Shown: in pieces, positions 1 through 11,500 of the stretch | How positions within the stretch are numbered: the first letter of the stretch is position 1 | Layout: each line of letters opens with the position of its first letter | Position numbers and translations under genes: made by a program | Notes under the pieces: model-generated | What the model was told of the DNA's origin: nothing | The model's database searches: none | The model's input: only the letters and a program-made list of their open reading frames with translations | DNA from: Leptogorgia sarmentosa | Lineage: Eukaryota | NCBI GenBank assembly: GCA_964658305.1 | Contig: OZ210885.1 | Coordinates: 15,500,001-15,564,000, forward strand | Reading direction: 5' to 3' | DNA: 64,000 nt

Positions 1-3000
1 CTTGTTTTCAGTACAAATATCCATAGGTTGAGAAAATGATGCTTCAGTTCCGTCATTATTACCTTCCTCCCCCAAGCCAGCGAGTAGCACGATTTCTTTG
101 TTTGTCTTGATCTTAACTTGTCTGCTACCCATATCCACAAATGCAATATCTTCACGGTCGCCAATAGGGGCTATGCCTTGCACCTCTGTGCAGAAAGCAG
201 ATCCGTTGGATAACAACAAAGAATCCTCTTGAGTTTCGAGGTCGATCGCTGAAATGCCGTTGTTATGAGAAATGAAAAGTGTACCACCCAAATGGTACAT
301 GTCCAGTACACAATTGCAATTGACAGGATATTTTGATAAATCACTTACCACTCCTGCAACTCCTACACCATCAAGTGAGAGTTCCATAAAATAGAAACGG
401 GAGTCAGTGTCTGAAGCCACAACTATCATATCATCACTGGCAAGGCAAATTCTGTCTACAATCACATTTCTGTCAGTATTTACTGCAGACATCAATTTTC
501 CAGCTGTGTCGTACTCGTTTCTCAACCTTATAAGGAATTTTTGTAGTCGCTTTCTGAGCTCAACCATGGTCCCCTCATCTGATAATCGTCTACTGCGAAG
601 AGCATCCTGGAGAGACTTCTTTGTTTTCAGAGTTGACGGTTTCAGGGAAACTTTCTGTTCAATCTCTACCACTGTGATAGCCTTTTTCCCTCTTTCTACC
701 ACCAGGCAATACCTTTGCTACTTAGATATACCATACTCCTGGCATCTTGTAAACTTGATTTCACAACACTTACACAAACAGGGTTATGCATGTCGGCCAA
801 GCATAACCTTGTCTCCCTCTTCAGCGGAGCGTAATCCAGGAAGAAAAATTTCCCATTTGGCCCGAGACAAACATTGATCGGGTGAGGATACATTCCAACT
901 TTGTTGTTATCAGTTGGTCTGTATTTGTCAGGAATTAGAGTGTGGACTACTCTTTTCTTTAGTGACGACAATACTTTCAGTACATCTGGGCTGGACAATC
1001 TTAAAATTGGCTCCACGGCCATCCGATCTTTATTCTGGACATCTTTAGTGAGACACCTTCTTAGACTAGACCTAATAACAGGATTACTATCGTCTCGTAA
1101 CGTATGTATCACTGAAAGAGACATGCGACTTCCGTTGAACAGGCAGAACCAATTAGAAAAACTGCATTTGCAACTCTTTCCTACATGCACTGCGTCAGGG
1201 AGATAAACACAAAATTCAAGCTCTGGATCGACCAAGCAATCCAGCTGGAGTTGTTCTAAAAGTTCCATAGCCTTTTTGTTTCCTTCTTCACAGTCAGATG
1301 ACAGAGCAAAAATGGCGAGGTGAACACACTGAATATTATTCGACAAACAGCGACTACAGGCTCTTAAAGCTGGAGAGTAGCTAACTTCGCCAGTTTGATG
1401 GCAGTCGTCACATAGACTTTTCCCCTCCCAGCAGGTTTCACATTTCTTATTGCAGATGTTTCTGTTGCACTGAGAGATTAGCTCATTGGCGCCAGTATTT
1501 TCAACACAAGCTTGACAGCATTGCAATGATTCGATCTGTTTAGTGAACATACTCAAAATGTCCTGGCCAGTCTTCCCTGCCTTCGTCAAGTATTCCACAG
1601 CCACTGGCATACTGATGGTGTCACAGAGTGTTGTTATCATTGAAACATTAGCCTCGGTTATAACATCTGATTTCAGAAATGCTGCATCTGGAGAGGGGTT
1701 GTCCTTTACGAACTGGAGATCAAACTTTGTCTTCAAGCCGACATTACGCTTTAGACCTTCATCAAACATTATTCCTGGTTGTAATGCTGTGCCATCATTT
1801 TGTATCGCCGCACCAAATATTTTCACAATTGGTGCATTGATAACAGGAGCTATCTGGGCTGTTTCACCTGATGCAAGCTTGAGAAATCCCAGATGCATGT
1901 CTTTTAAAACACCACTAGCTGTTGTGTAACCACCTTTCTGTCTGGTGGGCTTTGATGGTCCACCAAGGTTAGGATTTGCTTCTTCTGGCTTCTTTATACC
2001 CCCCTTTCCTGTGCCGTGAAACATAGGCCCTCTCACAAAATTTACTGTGCTTTCTCCACCCAAATGTTTGATAGTGTTAAAAAACTCGACAACTTCTTCG
2101 TGATACTGATGATTGGGGTCAATCAAAAAGTAAACTATATCTCGTAAGTACTTATACATTATTCTATCTCTTGAAATCAAACCTCTCCGAATAATAAACA
2201 ATTATTGGATGAGGCTGAGCATGATATCAAGAATTATTCAGACCGAGGTCAATGTTATCTGCCGAAGCGAAGCTGAGGCGGATAACATTGACCGAGGTCT
2301 GAATAATTCTTGATATCATGCGAAAGCCGAATCCAATAATTGTTTTATTATACATTTAAAAGACACGGTAATTTTGAGAGTTCACTTTCATACAGCGAAG
2401 CAAAATCTGCTGCTGGCCATTGTTTGTTTGTTTTTTCGCGCGCTTTTAGCTTCAAGCTTTTGACAGCGCTGGGGCTTGGGCACGAGAGAGTCCAATAATT
2501 TTTTTTTTGGATGCAAGTTCGATCCAAAAAAATAATTATTGGACGCTGATGACGTCATCGGCGGAAAATACGTAATAAATGCCGAATACTGAGAATTAGC
2601 CGGTGCTTTTTGACCAATCAGGAACGAGAATGAATATTAAATGTATAATAAGATCATTTAGTTTCAAGCAAACATCATCTGCCTGATCTAGTGTTATTGG
2701 ATATGTAAACCAATCATGATCTAATATCTTTTCATGATCGTCATCTGTTCCCTGACAGGAATTACTGTCAGAATTAGTAATAACATCATGATCCCAACTG
2801 GCTAGTTTACTGGCAGCAAGAAATTGGATACTGTCAAAACTGTCATGTGAATCGTCCCGTTCAATATCTACTAATGGCATCATCTCATTGTCCAGCAGCA
2901 TAGTATCAGTCAAAATATCTGGGTCAGTATTCTCAGCATCATACATCTGCTTGCTAAAATTTTCAAGGCCAGTTTCACTATGAACAAAAGATAAACATTG

Positions 3001-3024
3001 AGATTGATCTTTGTTGACAAGCAA
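1..3024 (-). pseudogene. P-element/THAP9-like DDE transposase with Cys-rich insert, SAP motif and NHL beta-propeller repeats (frameshifted, interrupted, runs off window start)
   Basis: ORF 696-2201 has P-like motifs in order: NDGTALQPGIMFD, MPVAVEY, LSSDCEEGN, PDAVHVGK, KDRMAVEPILRLSS. ORF 2596-3024 joins in frame (DLI|RRG) once the 2191-2651 insert is removed. After a frameshift near 700 the frame continues to base 1 with KKSLQDALRSRRLSDEGTMVELRKRL (SAP-like) and LAGLGEEGNNDGTEASFSQPMDIC (NHL-like). Confidence 0.65.
2191..2651. mobile_element. Non-autonomous hairpin element (Crypton-like architecture)
   Basis: Imperfect hairpin at 2198-2343 centred on GCCGAAGCGAAGCTGAGGC; TTATTATACATTTAA (~2344) is inverted to TTAAATGTATAATAA (2637-2651); terminal direct repeat ATAATAA; removal restores the flanking reading frame. 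Confidence 0.65.
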
Positions 3025-3698
3025 CAGTTTGTGAACAACAAACTACTTAATGCTGATCTGCATGGTCCAGGACAAAACCAATTTATTAAAGAAACATAAT
3101 ACAAAAATATTTTAACACAAGTAACATTAAGCTCATATTAATTTTCTGTTTTGGCAAATACAATACAGTAACTTTACTGTAAAATTATAAAATAAGAAAA
3201 TCCTACAGTGTTCGTATAGTATGTAGAGTAGAAAAGACAATCACATTTGTAAGTCTGGGTCACTTTCTTGAGCAGGACCATCCACACCTTTTGTACCTTG
3301 AACAAAAGATAACATACTCTTTTGCATGGCACACTTTTCCTTTTGTTTTAAATCTTTCTTCACACAGGCATCATAATGTTCTAAATTAACAAATGATCAA
3401 AATGAAATCAACTTTTGAGCTGTTTCTTGTCGTTCCTGATTGTACTTGTATCATGTTCAAGAGACCATGGCTCAGACAGGTACTTTATAACATGTCTGAC
3501 ATGGTTACAAATTCAAAAAAAGGACATGTCAAAGACTATAACTTACTTTCTTTGAAATACTGTATTGTCTTAGTGGCACTTCTGTCTGAGACAAGTTTCT
3601 TTTTTTGAGAACAAATTCCACATTTAACTTCATTCTCACTTTCTAAAATACTGCCACTAAGTTGTACAATACCTAAAGTAGAACATAATATCATTAAT

Positions 3699-3898
3699 GA
3701 GGGTCCTGTACATAGGGGTAAAATGGGAACTGGGATTTTCTTCTTTTTGGCTGGAAAAATGGGATTTCATGCACTGGGATTGGGATTCATCAGCCAAAAA
3801 ACAAATAGAAAATGGAAATGTGATTAAGACTTAGAACAGGGGATTTAGTCAAAATTTGGGCAGGGAAATGGGAATAGGAATCTCCTTTCAGGACCCTC
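3699..3898. mobile_element. MITE, about 200 bp
   Basis: TIR GAGGGTCCTG/CAGGACCCTC; flanks TTAAT and ATTAA (TSD is AT or TTAA, ambiguous). Confidence 0.7.
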
Positions 3899-4469
3899 AT
3901 TAAGTAATGACAATAATCATTGATCAATATGCATTAAACATATATTTAACATTCTTTTAATTTTTTGTATTTTTCCTCATTTTTTTCTTCTTTATTTGTC
4001 TTTCTCTTCCGAGTCATTGGGGTCTTGCTGCTGTGTGGTTCCTGAGGCTCTTGAGCATCGCGAGAATCAGATAACTCATTCCCAATGACTAATTGTATGA
4101 CTGGTGTATGTTTGGCAAATGTAACCACTCTTGGAACAACATCCACTGTGAATAGAAAATGGCAATAGATAGATAGACAGACTAATGCTAAAAACGCTCA
4201 ATGTGTATCATTGGGATATTGGAGACCCTCTTCTTTCTAATATCATAGTTTTAATAACACTTTGGTTAAAATTTCAAGTACAAAAATTTAGTCAATACTA
4301 TGTGGCGGACGCTTTAGGTGACCTGTGTCACAACGCTGACCAACAGGTGTGCAGACTTCTTTGGGAAGCGGACACATGTGATAAAGTATTAAATAATAGT
4401 TGTGTTTTACGGTGAAATTATACGTATAATAACTAAGTTCTCGCTGTGTGTGAGGTTGTTTTACTAAAT

Positions 4470-4483
4470 TGGTGACCCCGACG
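4470..4483 (+). promoter_or_regulatory. Primer-binding site (tRNA-Trp complementary)
   Basis: TGGTGACCCCGACG directly after the LTR, complementary to the eukaryotic tRNA-Trp 3' end. Confidence 0.8.
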
Positions 4484-4541
4484 ACACGGAAATCGAACTT
4501 TTGAATCAACATCATTCCACGAAGCTGTCTACATAAACAAA

Positions 4542-5240
4542 ATGTCCGACACGGAAGTTGAGACGCAACCAGCAACACAAGCAGACGCCACCGCTCCACA
4601 GCCTCCACTCGCAACCGAAATCTCAACTGTCGCCTTAAAGCTCCCACCATTTTGGTTCGCCGACCCGCAGGTATGGTTTGCTCAAGTAGAGTCGCAGTTT
4701 GTCACTCGTAGAATCACTAATCAAGACACAAAGTTTCACCACATTGTCGCATCACTTCCGCCGGAAGTCGCGGTCGATATTCGTGACCTCATCATCAACA
4801 AACCACCTCACAATGCTTATGATGAGTTAAAGGCAAAGCTAATTACCCGCACTACAGTCAGCCAGGCCAAACGACTGCAGCAGTTATTATCTGCTGAAGA
4901 GCTTAGTGACCGTAAACCGTCCCAACTCCTTCGTAAATTCGAACAGTTACTTGACACGACTATTCGAGAGCTATTTTTGCAACGGTTACCCATACATGTT
5001 CGTCAACTCCTGGCAGCTACAACAACGGATGCAACTCCATTGAACGAGCTGGCGCAGCAGGCCGATAGGCTGATGGATGTCCCCGCCCAAAATATCAGCA
5101 CCATCCCCCAGCAACACGAACCCCATGGCTTCGCTGCTTTACAAGCTCAACTGCAAGAAATCACCCAGACAATGGCAGCTTTCACAAAGCGTCAGAATCA
5201 ATCCACTGCAAACAAAACCACCAGAAGAACCAAACAATGA
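4542..5240 (+). pseudogene. gag: Gypsy Gag (frameshift before the zinc knuckle)
   Basis: KLPPFWFADPQVWFAQVESQF, DRKPSQLLR, LFLQRLP motifs; the knuckle lies in another frame (ORF 5077-5328). Confidence 0.85.
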
Positions 5241-5329
5241 CCCCCCTACCCTGTGCTGGTACCACCGACGGTTTGGTTATAAAGCTCGCAAGTGTACGTG
5301 CTCGGGAAACGGGATGGTCAGCAAGTAGC

Positions 5330-5929
5330 GACGGCGACCATGCTGACCAATGTTAAGAGCCGTCTATTTTTTGTACGCGACAGAACTTCCCGGAAACAAT
5401 TTTTAGTGGACACTGGAGCAGAAGTAAGTGTTATCCCACCCAGTATGACTGGCCCACCCCTAAAGCCGATTAATATTGCTTTAGAGGCTGCCAACCATAG
5501 TAAAATAAAGACACATGGCAAACGTTCACTCAACCTCAACCTTGGGTTGTGCCGCAAATTAACCTGGGAATTTGTTGTTGCTGACGTAAAATTCCCTATT
5601 CTTGGAGCTGATTTCTTACGCTACTATGGTCTATTGGTGGATGTTCGACACAACACGTTATTGGACGCTACTACATTCCTGAGTGTGAGTGGAACAATGA
5701 CAACGGTACGCTGTGTTAGCCCTGTCCTGGTGGAACCATCTCAGTCTGAGTACCTTAACATACTCAAGGAATTCCCCACCACCACCCAACCCGTCACCAA
5801 AGAAAAAATTGTCAAACACAATATTACCCACCATATTGTCACTAAGGGTCCACCCGTATACTCCAAACCCCGTCGACTCGCTTCTGAGAAACTCAAACAC
5901 GCAAAATCCGAATTTGATAACCTCCTGGC
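5330..5929 (+). pseudogene. pol: Gypsy Pol N-terminus (aspartic protease), truncated
   Basis: FLVDTGAEVSVIP and PILGADFL motifs. Confidence 0.85.
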
Positions 5930-5936
5930 GATAACC

Positions 5937-6610
5937 ATCAATTGTTCCAGAAAGTCAAATACTTTAGCGATCAATGATGATGCCTTGCAACCATGCTCTA
6001 TGACAAGATTGACGCCATGTGGTACACATTTCGTATATGGTATAGCACGCTGCAAAATTTTGCTTAATTTTTGCTGGGCCCCGTTGTGAACACCTGACAT
6101 ACTGGATGTTAAGTCGTACGTCTGAAACTGAACTGTAGAGAGTGGTACATCTGCGCTCTTTAGACAATCTACAATATCTTTCGCTTGTCCCTCACCTGTT
6201 TTATCATTAGTCTCTTTAATGCATATCAAATGCTCTTCGGGTTTCAAAGAATCAGAGCCTACAAATCATATCGCCACAGATAACTGATCTGCATGATTCA
6301 CATCTGGAGTTGTGTCGGCCATTAGAGAACAATATCCTGATTTCTTGACTTTCTCTCTAATTATTTCTTGAATCTCTTCCCCCAACAAAGAAATAAATTC
6401 ATTTTGACTATGCGAGCTCATATAGGTAGTGCGATATTTTCTGCTGCTACGATTTGCCAGCCAGAACTTCATAACTGGACTATGACGAGCAATCAAATTA
6501 ACAATTTCACAGAAATTTCCACAACCATAATTGCCAGAGGATTCCGAACCACGAAGGGCGAGGCCGTTTCTTGTGAGAACGAGGACAACATCAATCAAGA
6601 TGTCAACCAC
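5937..6610 (-). pseudogene. hAT transposase fragment (ZMYM1/PRKRIR-like, DUF4371 type)
   Basis: LALRG, GNF, YMSSHSQNEFI, ADTTPD, YDLTSSMSG, CVPHGVNL; related to the transposase at 26414-29003. Confidence 0.85.
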
Positions 6611-8596
6611 CTCTCGAATGAATAATTCGTCTTGTAACTAAACTAATGATTTTGCCTGAACAATGACGCAGCTGGCCCAAACACTCGAAGAATAATTCGG
6701 GCAGGGGTTTAACAGGAAGATCCTGTGTAGTTGCTGGTGTCTTTTCAATATTCTTGTGTGACTGCTTGGCAAACGCTTGGTCAATCAATTCCAGTATTTC
6801 CTGCGAAACATCAACATGCATTTCCAGTGATGATACAGTGCAATATTGTTGTCTTTCAAGAATTGGAAATTCAATTTGGGGATCGATCACCAAACTAGTA
6901 ACTTCATCTGATTGGCTGTTTACAGTTGCATTCATGTCCATCTCTCCACATTCTATGTGACGTTGTTCAGTCATCAACTGATTCAACACACATCTCGGAA
7001 CTGTGCAATCCAAACTCATTTTCATGATCTTGACCTTGTCCCTATTAGTTTTAAACATTAAGGCTTTAAACATTAAAATTTTTAAAAAGTACAATTATCT
7101 GGGGGGTACCGGGAGGAGGACACAGCTGGAATTGACTGATGCATTGTCATCTATAAATTCTTAGCTGACGCTTTCCGTCATCTACTTTGAAATTCAGTAG
7201 CATTTGGAATATTGTCAGGAATATCAGCATTCAGTATCTTCTCGCAAACATACAACTCTTTTTCGGTTGCACCTATTCCCAATCTTGTCCGTTTTTCCAC
7301 GTTTCGATTGATCTGTAGTACCAACACAATTGCACAAATTAACCATTTACAATACACAAAAGACGATTTGCTAGTGCTAGGCTAGATAAATACATTGAAT
7401 CATTCACAAAATTGATCGCAATATATAAACATTTACTGACTGATGGTAAGCAAGCGTTGATTGTTCCTGCCAGAGGTTAAAATCGTATAAAACAAAACAG
7501 TTCTTCTTCCCACCATCTGGACTAATTTTCCCACTGATTAATGATGATTTACTTTATATTTCTGACGTTCACCCAGAATCCCACTGTGTAGTGTGTACCG
7601 TAGAAACATGGAAATGTTTTCTATTTCTTCAATACTAACATCGAGGTCAATATTAACATAAAAATATGTCAGAAATGTATATTATGCAGGCCATGTGGCC
7701 CATGTTACTTTGTCAATGAGTGGTTCATGTCTTTGACTCATTGTATATAAATTTCACTATCATTGTACATTATTTGTATGATTGTATTTAATGAGGCATG
7801 TTAACCTTGCCATCAATGCAAATATAAAAGTATACTGAAAGTGATAAACTGAACAATGAAAAGTAAATTAACGATTTACCGTTCATGATTATTCATTAAT
7901 TACCAGTCTTCCAAGACGATATTCTTTAAAAGAAAGCAATCCAATTCCCGTGGCGGCGCTGCAAATTTCGAATCTGCCGACAAAAAAGCACCTCAATAAT
8001 AGTCAAACACCTCATTTAATAGTCGAGCCCCTCATTGTTTTAGTTCTCAGGCCATGTGTGCGATAGCTACCCCGGGACAGCCTCGGGGTATGTACGAGAT
8101 TTGCCATCAATCGATATGTCACACAAATTTTACATTGGCTTATGTAACGAAGTAAAGCTCTGTTATTGGTTGAGTAAACTTTTTTGAATTTTCCCAGCTA
8201 ATCACAGAGCTTTTGGTTGTGACGTGTGCCAGGATCCTGTCATCCCGCATAGTTTTTGCAAAAATCGGCAAAAATACGAGGAATTTTCGCTAATTTCGCA
8301 GCTTTAAAAACATTAAATGAAGACAAAAATACACTTGCAGCTAAATACAGGAATCACACACCTATTATATTGCATATTACATGAAGTATCGTACCAAATA
8401 AGTTACACCGCTGGTCAAAATAAATGATTTTTTGCGCGAAATTCAAATTATTGCGCGAAATTGTATTCTATATTCTATATCGAGTGTTATCCTTCAAGCT
8501 TCTTAATTTAGATTTGGCGAGATTTTTTAAACAAATTATTTTATCATTGTCAACATAATTTGCGGTTTTCTGTGAATATTTAGTTGTTTATATAAT

Positions 8597-11500
8597 GGCA
8601 AACAGACAATTCGAGGTAAGCAGACAATATATTTACAAGATACATCGAACACGTACGAAGTACATGGATAGGCTACATCCAGGGTACACTTAAATTGTAG
8701 TTAGCTAAATTTTAAAATAAACAGCTCGTACTGGTTAACTCTTTCACTAATCTAGGCAAAACCAGTTGATAAAATGTTAATTTGTCTTCAGGGCCGAATC
8801 AAGCTCGCCCAGGGCCCCTAGCACAAACATTGGTTGGGCCCTTGGCTGATTACTACGACAACCCCCCCCCTGAAAAAAGACACTGTAAAATATCAGAGAA
8901 ATTTTATAACCAAAATACTAAAAATAGTGCCATTCAAACGTTTCTTCCAAAATGTTTTGCAAAACAGGAACTTTTCAGAGAAGTTCTTTTCAGGAAGCCT
9001 TTCCAGAAACAAAGCTATTTGCCAGCGTTGACAATTTAGCCAAGCGAGCGTAAACTGACCATCATGGTGAGGTAGATTCTCAAGGCAGTTTCTACGTTTG
9101 TGACAACCGTTGCTACGCGCAAAAAATGGCTTTGTGAAGCGTGGAGCCCCCGAAACCGCGAGGCCCCTTGCACCTGTCATGTTGTATTAGTAGGCGAGCA
9201 TATTGATAAAATCAATAGTTCTTAATTCTGTGCAGGCAGGTTCATTGAGACAGAATTCCAGACGTCTGGTATATGCAAACATCAGCAGCTTAACAAGAGA
9301 CGATGCCTTTGAGTATTATCTTCGCAAAGTGAAAAAGCTCAAAACAGCAACAATGGTTAACGGAATAGTTCAACCAAAAGAAGACACCGACCCTTTCACA
9401 TTGAATTCAGTACCACCCGAAAGTCAACTTAAAGACTGGAAAGAGCAAATTGTGCAACTTAGAGGTCAAACATGTTATGCTGAAACACCATCTGGGAAAT
9501 TTAGTCTCCGCTCCATCCAAAACATGCTCAAAATCCACGAGGTCAAAAATATACAGGCTGCTGTTGAACAAGAGATTGTCTGGTTCTCCCAAGATTATGC
9601 GAAACCACAAGCTGTTGCTGAACATCCTCCGGCGACAGTTATATTGAATTTCCAAAGGATGCTGTATTCAACAAAGTATGACGAAGCCATTTCGCCACAT
9701 GGGATAACACCAACTGAGTTATCAATGATCTGTGGCAATCGTTGGTTGTCAGATGACCACATGACGTGGCTTATGAAAGAACTAAATACCTCAGAAACTG
9801 ACACATACTATGTTTAACAGTGTTCTCAATACAGACCCAAGACGATTTCAGAGATTTTGTTGTCATGGGAATTTACCGAGCAAAGTTTTGTTCTCTATCA
9901 ATGTAGGTCGTTCTGCTACAGGAGACACATACTTTGGAACTGATCGCACACCCGGTTGTCACTGGACAATGTGCCACATAGACACTATTCAAAAGAAAAT
10001 AATATATGGAGATTCAATGGCATGGAATTATCCTAAAAGTCTTCTTGAGAAAGCAAACATGTACATAAAGGCCATTTCACCAAGTGATGACGTTGCAAAT
10101 TATACAGTTGTTACTTGCCACGATCCGTATTGTACTGCTCTGGGCACCCATTTTTGCAGCGACACTTGTGCAACCTTTTATCCACTACAAACATGCGGCA
10201 GTATATGTGGTGTGGTTGTTATGGTCATGGCTGCAATTGCTTGTCATAACCCGGTATATTTCAGGCATTTGTCAACAAGGCACAACCAGAGCCTCCCAAG
10301 TGTGTTCCTTCAAACTCCATCAAGATTTAGTAAATACCTCCGTTTTGTTATAGCATGATGGATTACAGAAAACTCTGTGAACACTTCCCACATCATTCCA
10401 GTCCAAGATGAATTCCCAAAGGATGCCGCTGGTGGTGAGCAAAAAGATACATTTTGCAATACAGAGAAATGTAGAAGATCAGAATATACTGCACAAAAAA
10501 TACACGTAGATGCCTATGGCAAACACAACTCTTCTTCAGTTGATCAAAGTTCGAAGCCACAAACAGAATCAGAATTCCAACTTAACACTGAGGCAGTTTC
10601 TAACAATTACAATACATCCACGTATGACAAAATAGACGACTACAGTAACTCCTTTTCAATCCAATGTTCCTTGTCCAAAGCTCCAAGTTCTGAAGTTGAA
10701 ACTAAAAGAAAGAAATTTCAGTGCCGTCATTGTTCTTCATGTTTCACTACCAAATTTTCGTTCCGAAGACATATGGATTCTCAACATCCAACAGCTACAG
10801 CTGACCTTAAAGGCAAATGTCAATGCAACAGTTGCGGATTCATATGTCACAGGATTGGTGACCTGAGAACTCATCTTTCGCAAAAACACAATGTCATTTT
10901 TAAAATTGAATCTATTACTCTAAAAAATATCAAAGGTAAGAGTATAATAATTATCAATTTCATTCACTCTTCAATCGCCACAAAATATTCTCATCTTAGA
11001 AATTTTAGAATTCGAAGACTGGAAGCAGTCACTGGAAGAAAAAGAGTGTTGTTCATTTGTGAAGGCAACTGGTAGCAAAAATGGCGGGAATGCACAGTAT
11101 TATCAATGTAATCGAAGTGGGAATTATAAATCGAAAGCGACCGGAAAAAGACGAACAAAATCTCAAGGTACAGCATAGTAACATTTTGTTCTGCAACCGC
11201 GGTATATTCTTTCTTTGTAAAGCATTCCAGCATTATACACAGGATAACTTGTAGAGTGACAAATGAATTCCCTGTGCAAAACACTTTGTGTTTCGAATTT
11301 TAATAGAAAAATACATTTGAACTTGAAAACATGAGTTTCCTGAGTCTCAATAAATTTTATAACTTTTAATAAATTTTCCTGGGGAGGAAAACCTTTGCCC
11401 TAAATCTTTTCAGGAAACACTGACCCAAAATATTATAAAAAAATATGACACTAGCTAAATGAGTGGTGATTACAGTGATTCAATTAATTTGAGCACATGG

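Larger units (their letters stand above)
4301..5929 (+). mobile_element. Gypsy/Ty3 LTR retrotransposon, 5' fragment (LTR, PBS, gag, protease, start of RT)
   Basis: LTR begins TGT at 4301; PBS at 4470; gag KLPPFW..DPQVWFAQVE; CWYHRRFG knuckle; protease LVDTGAEVSVIP; HHIVTKGPPV..KPRRL just before truncation. Confidence 0.9.

Noticed and set aside
7100..7145. MITE-like end GCTGGAATTGACTGATGCAT
   Set aside because: Single end only; boundaries cannot be supported.
7945..8100. Possible left terminus of the first MULE (GC-rich motifs, short TACCCCG/CGGGGTA hairpin)
   Set aside because: No matching right end or TSD in the window.
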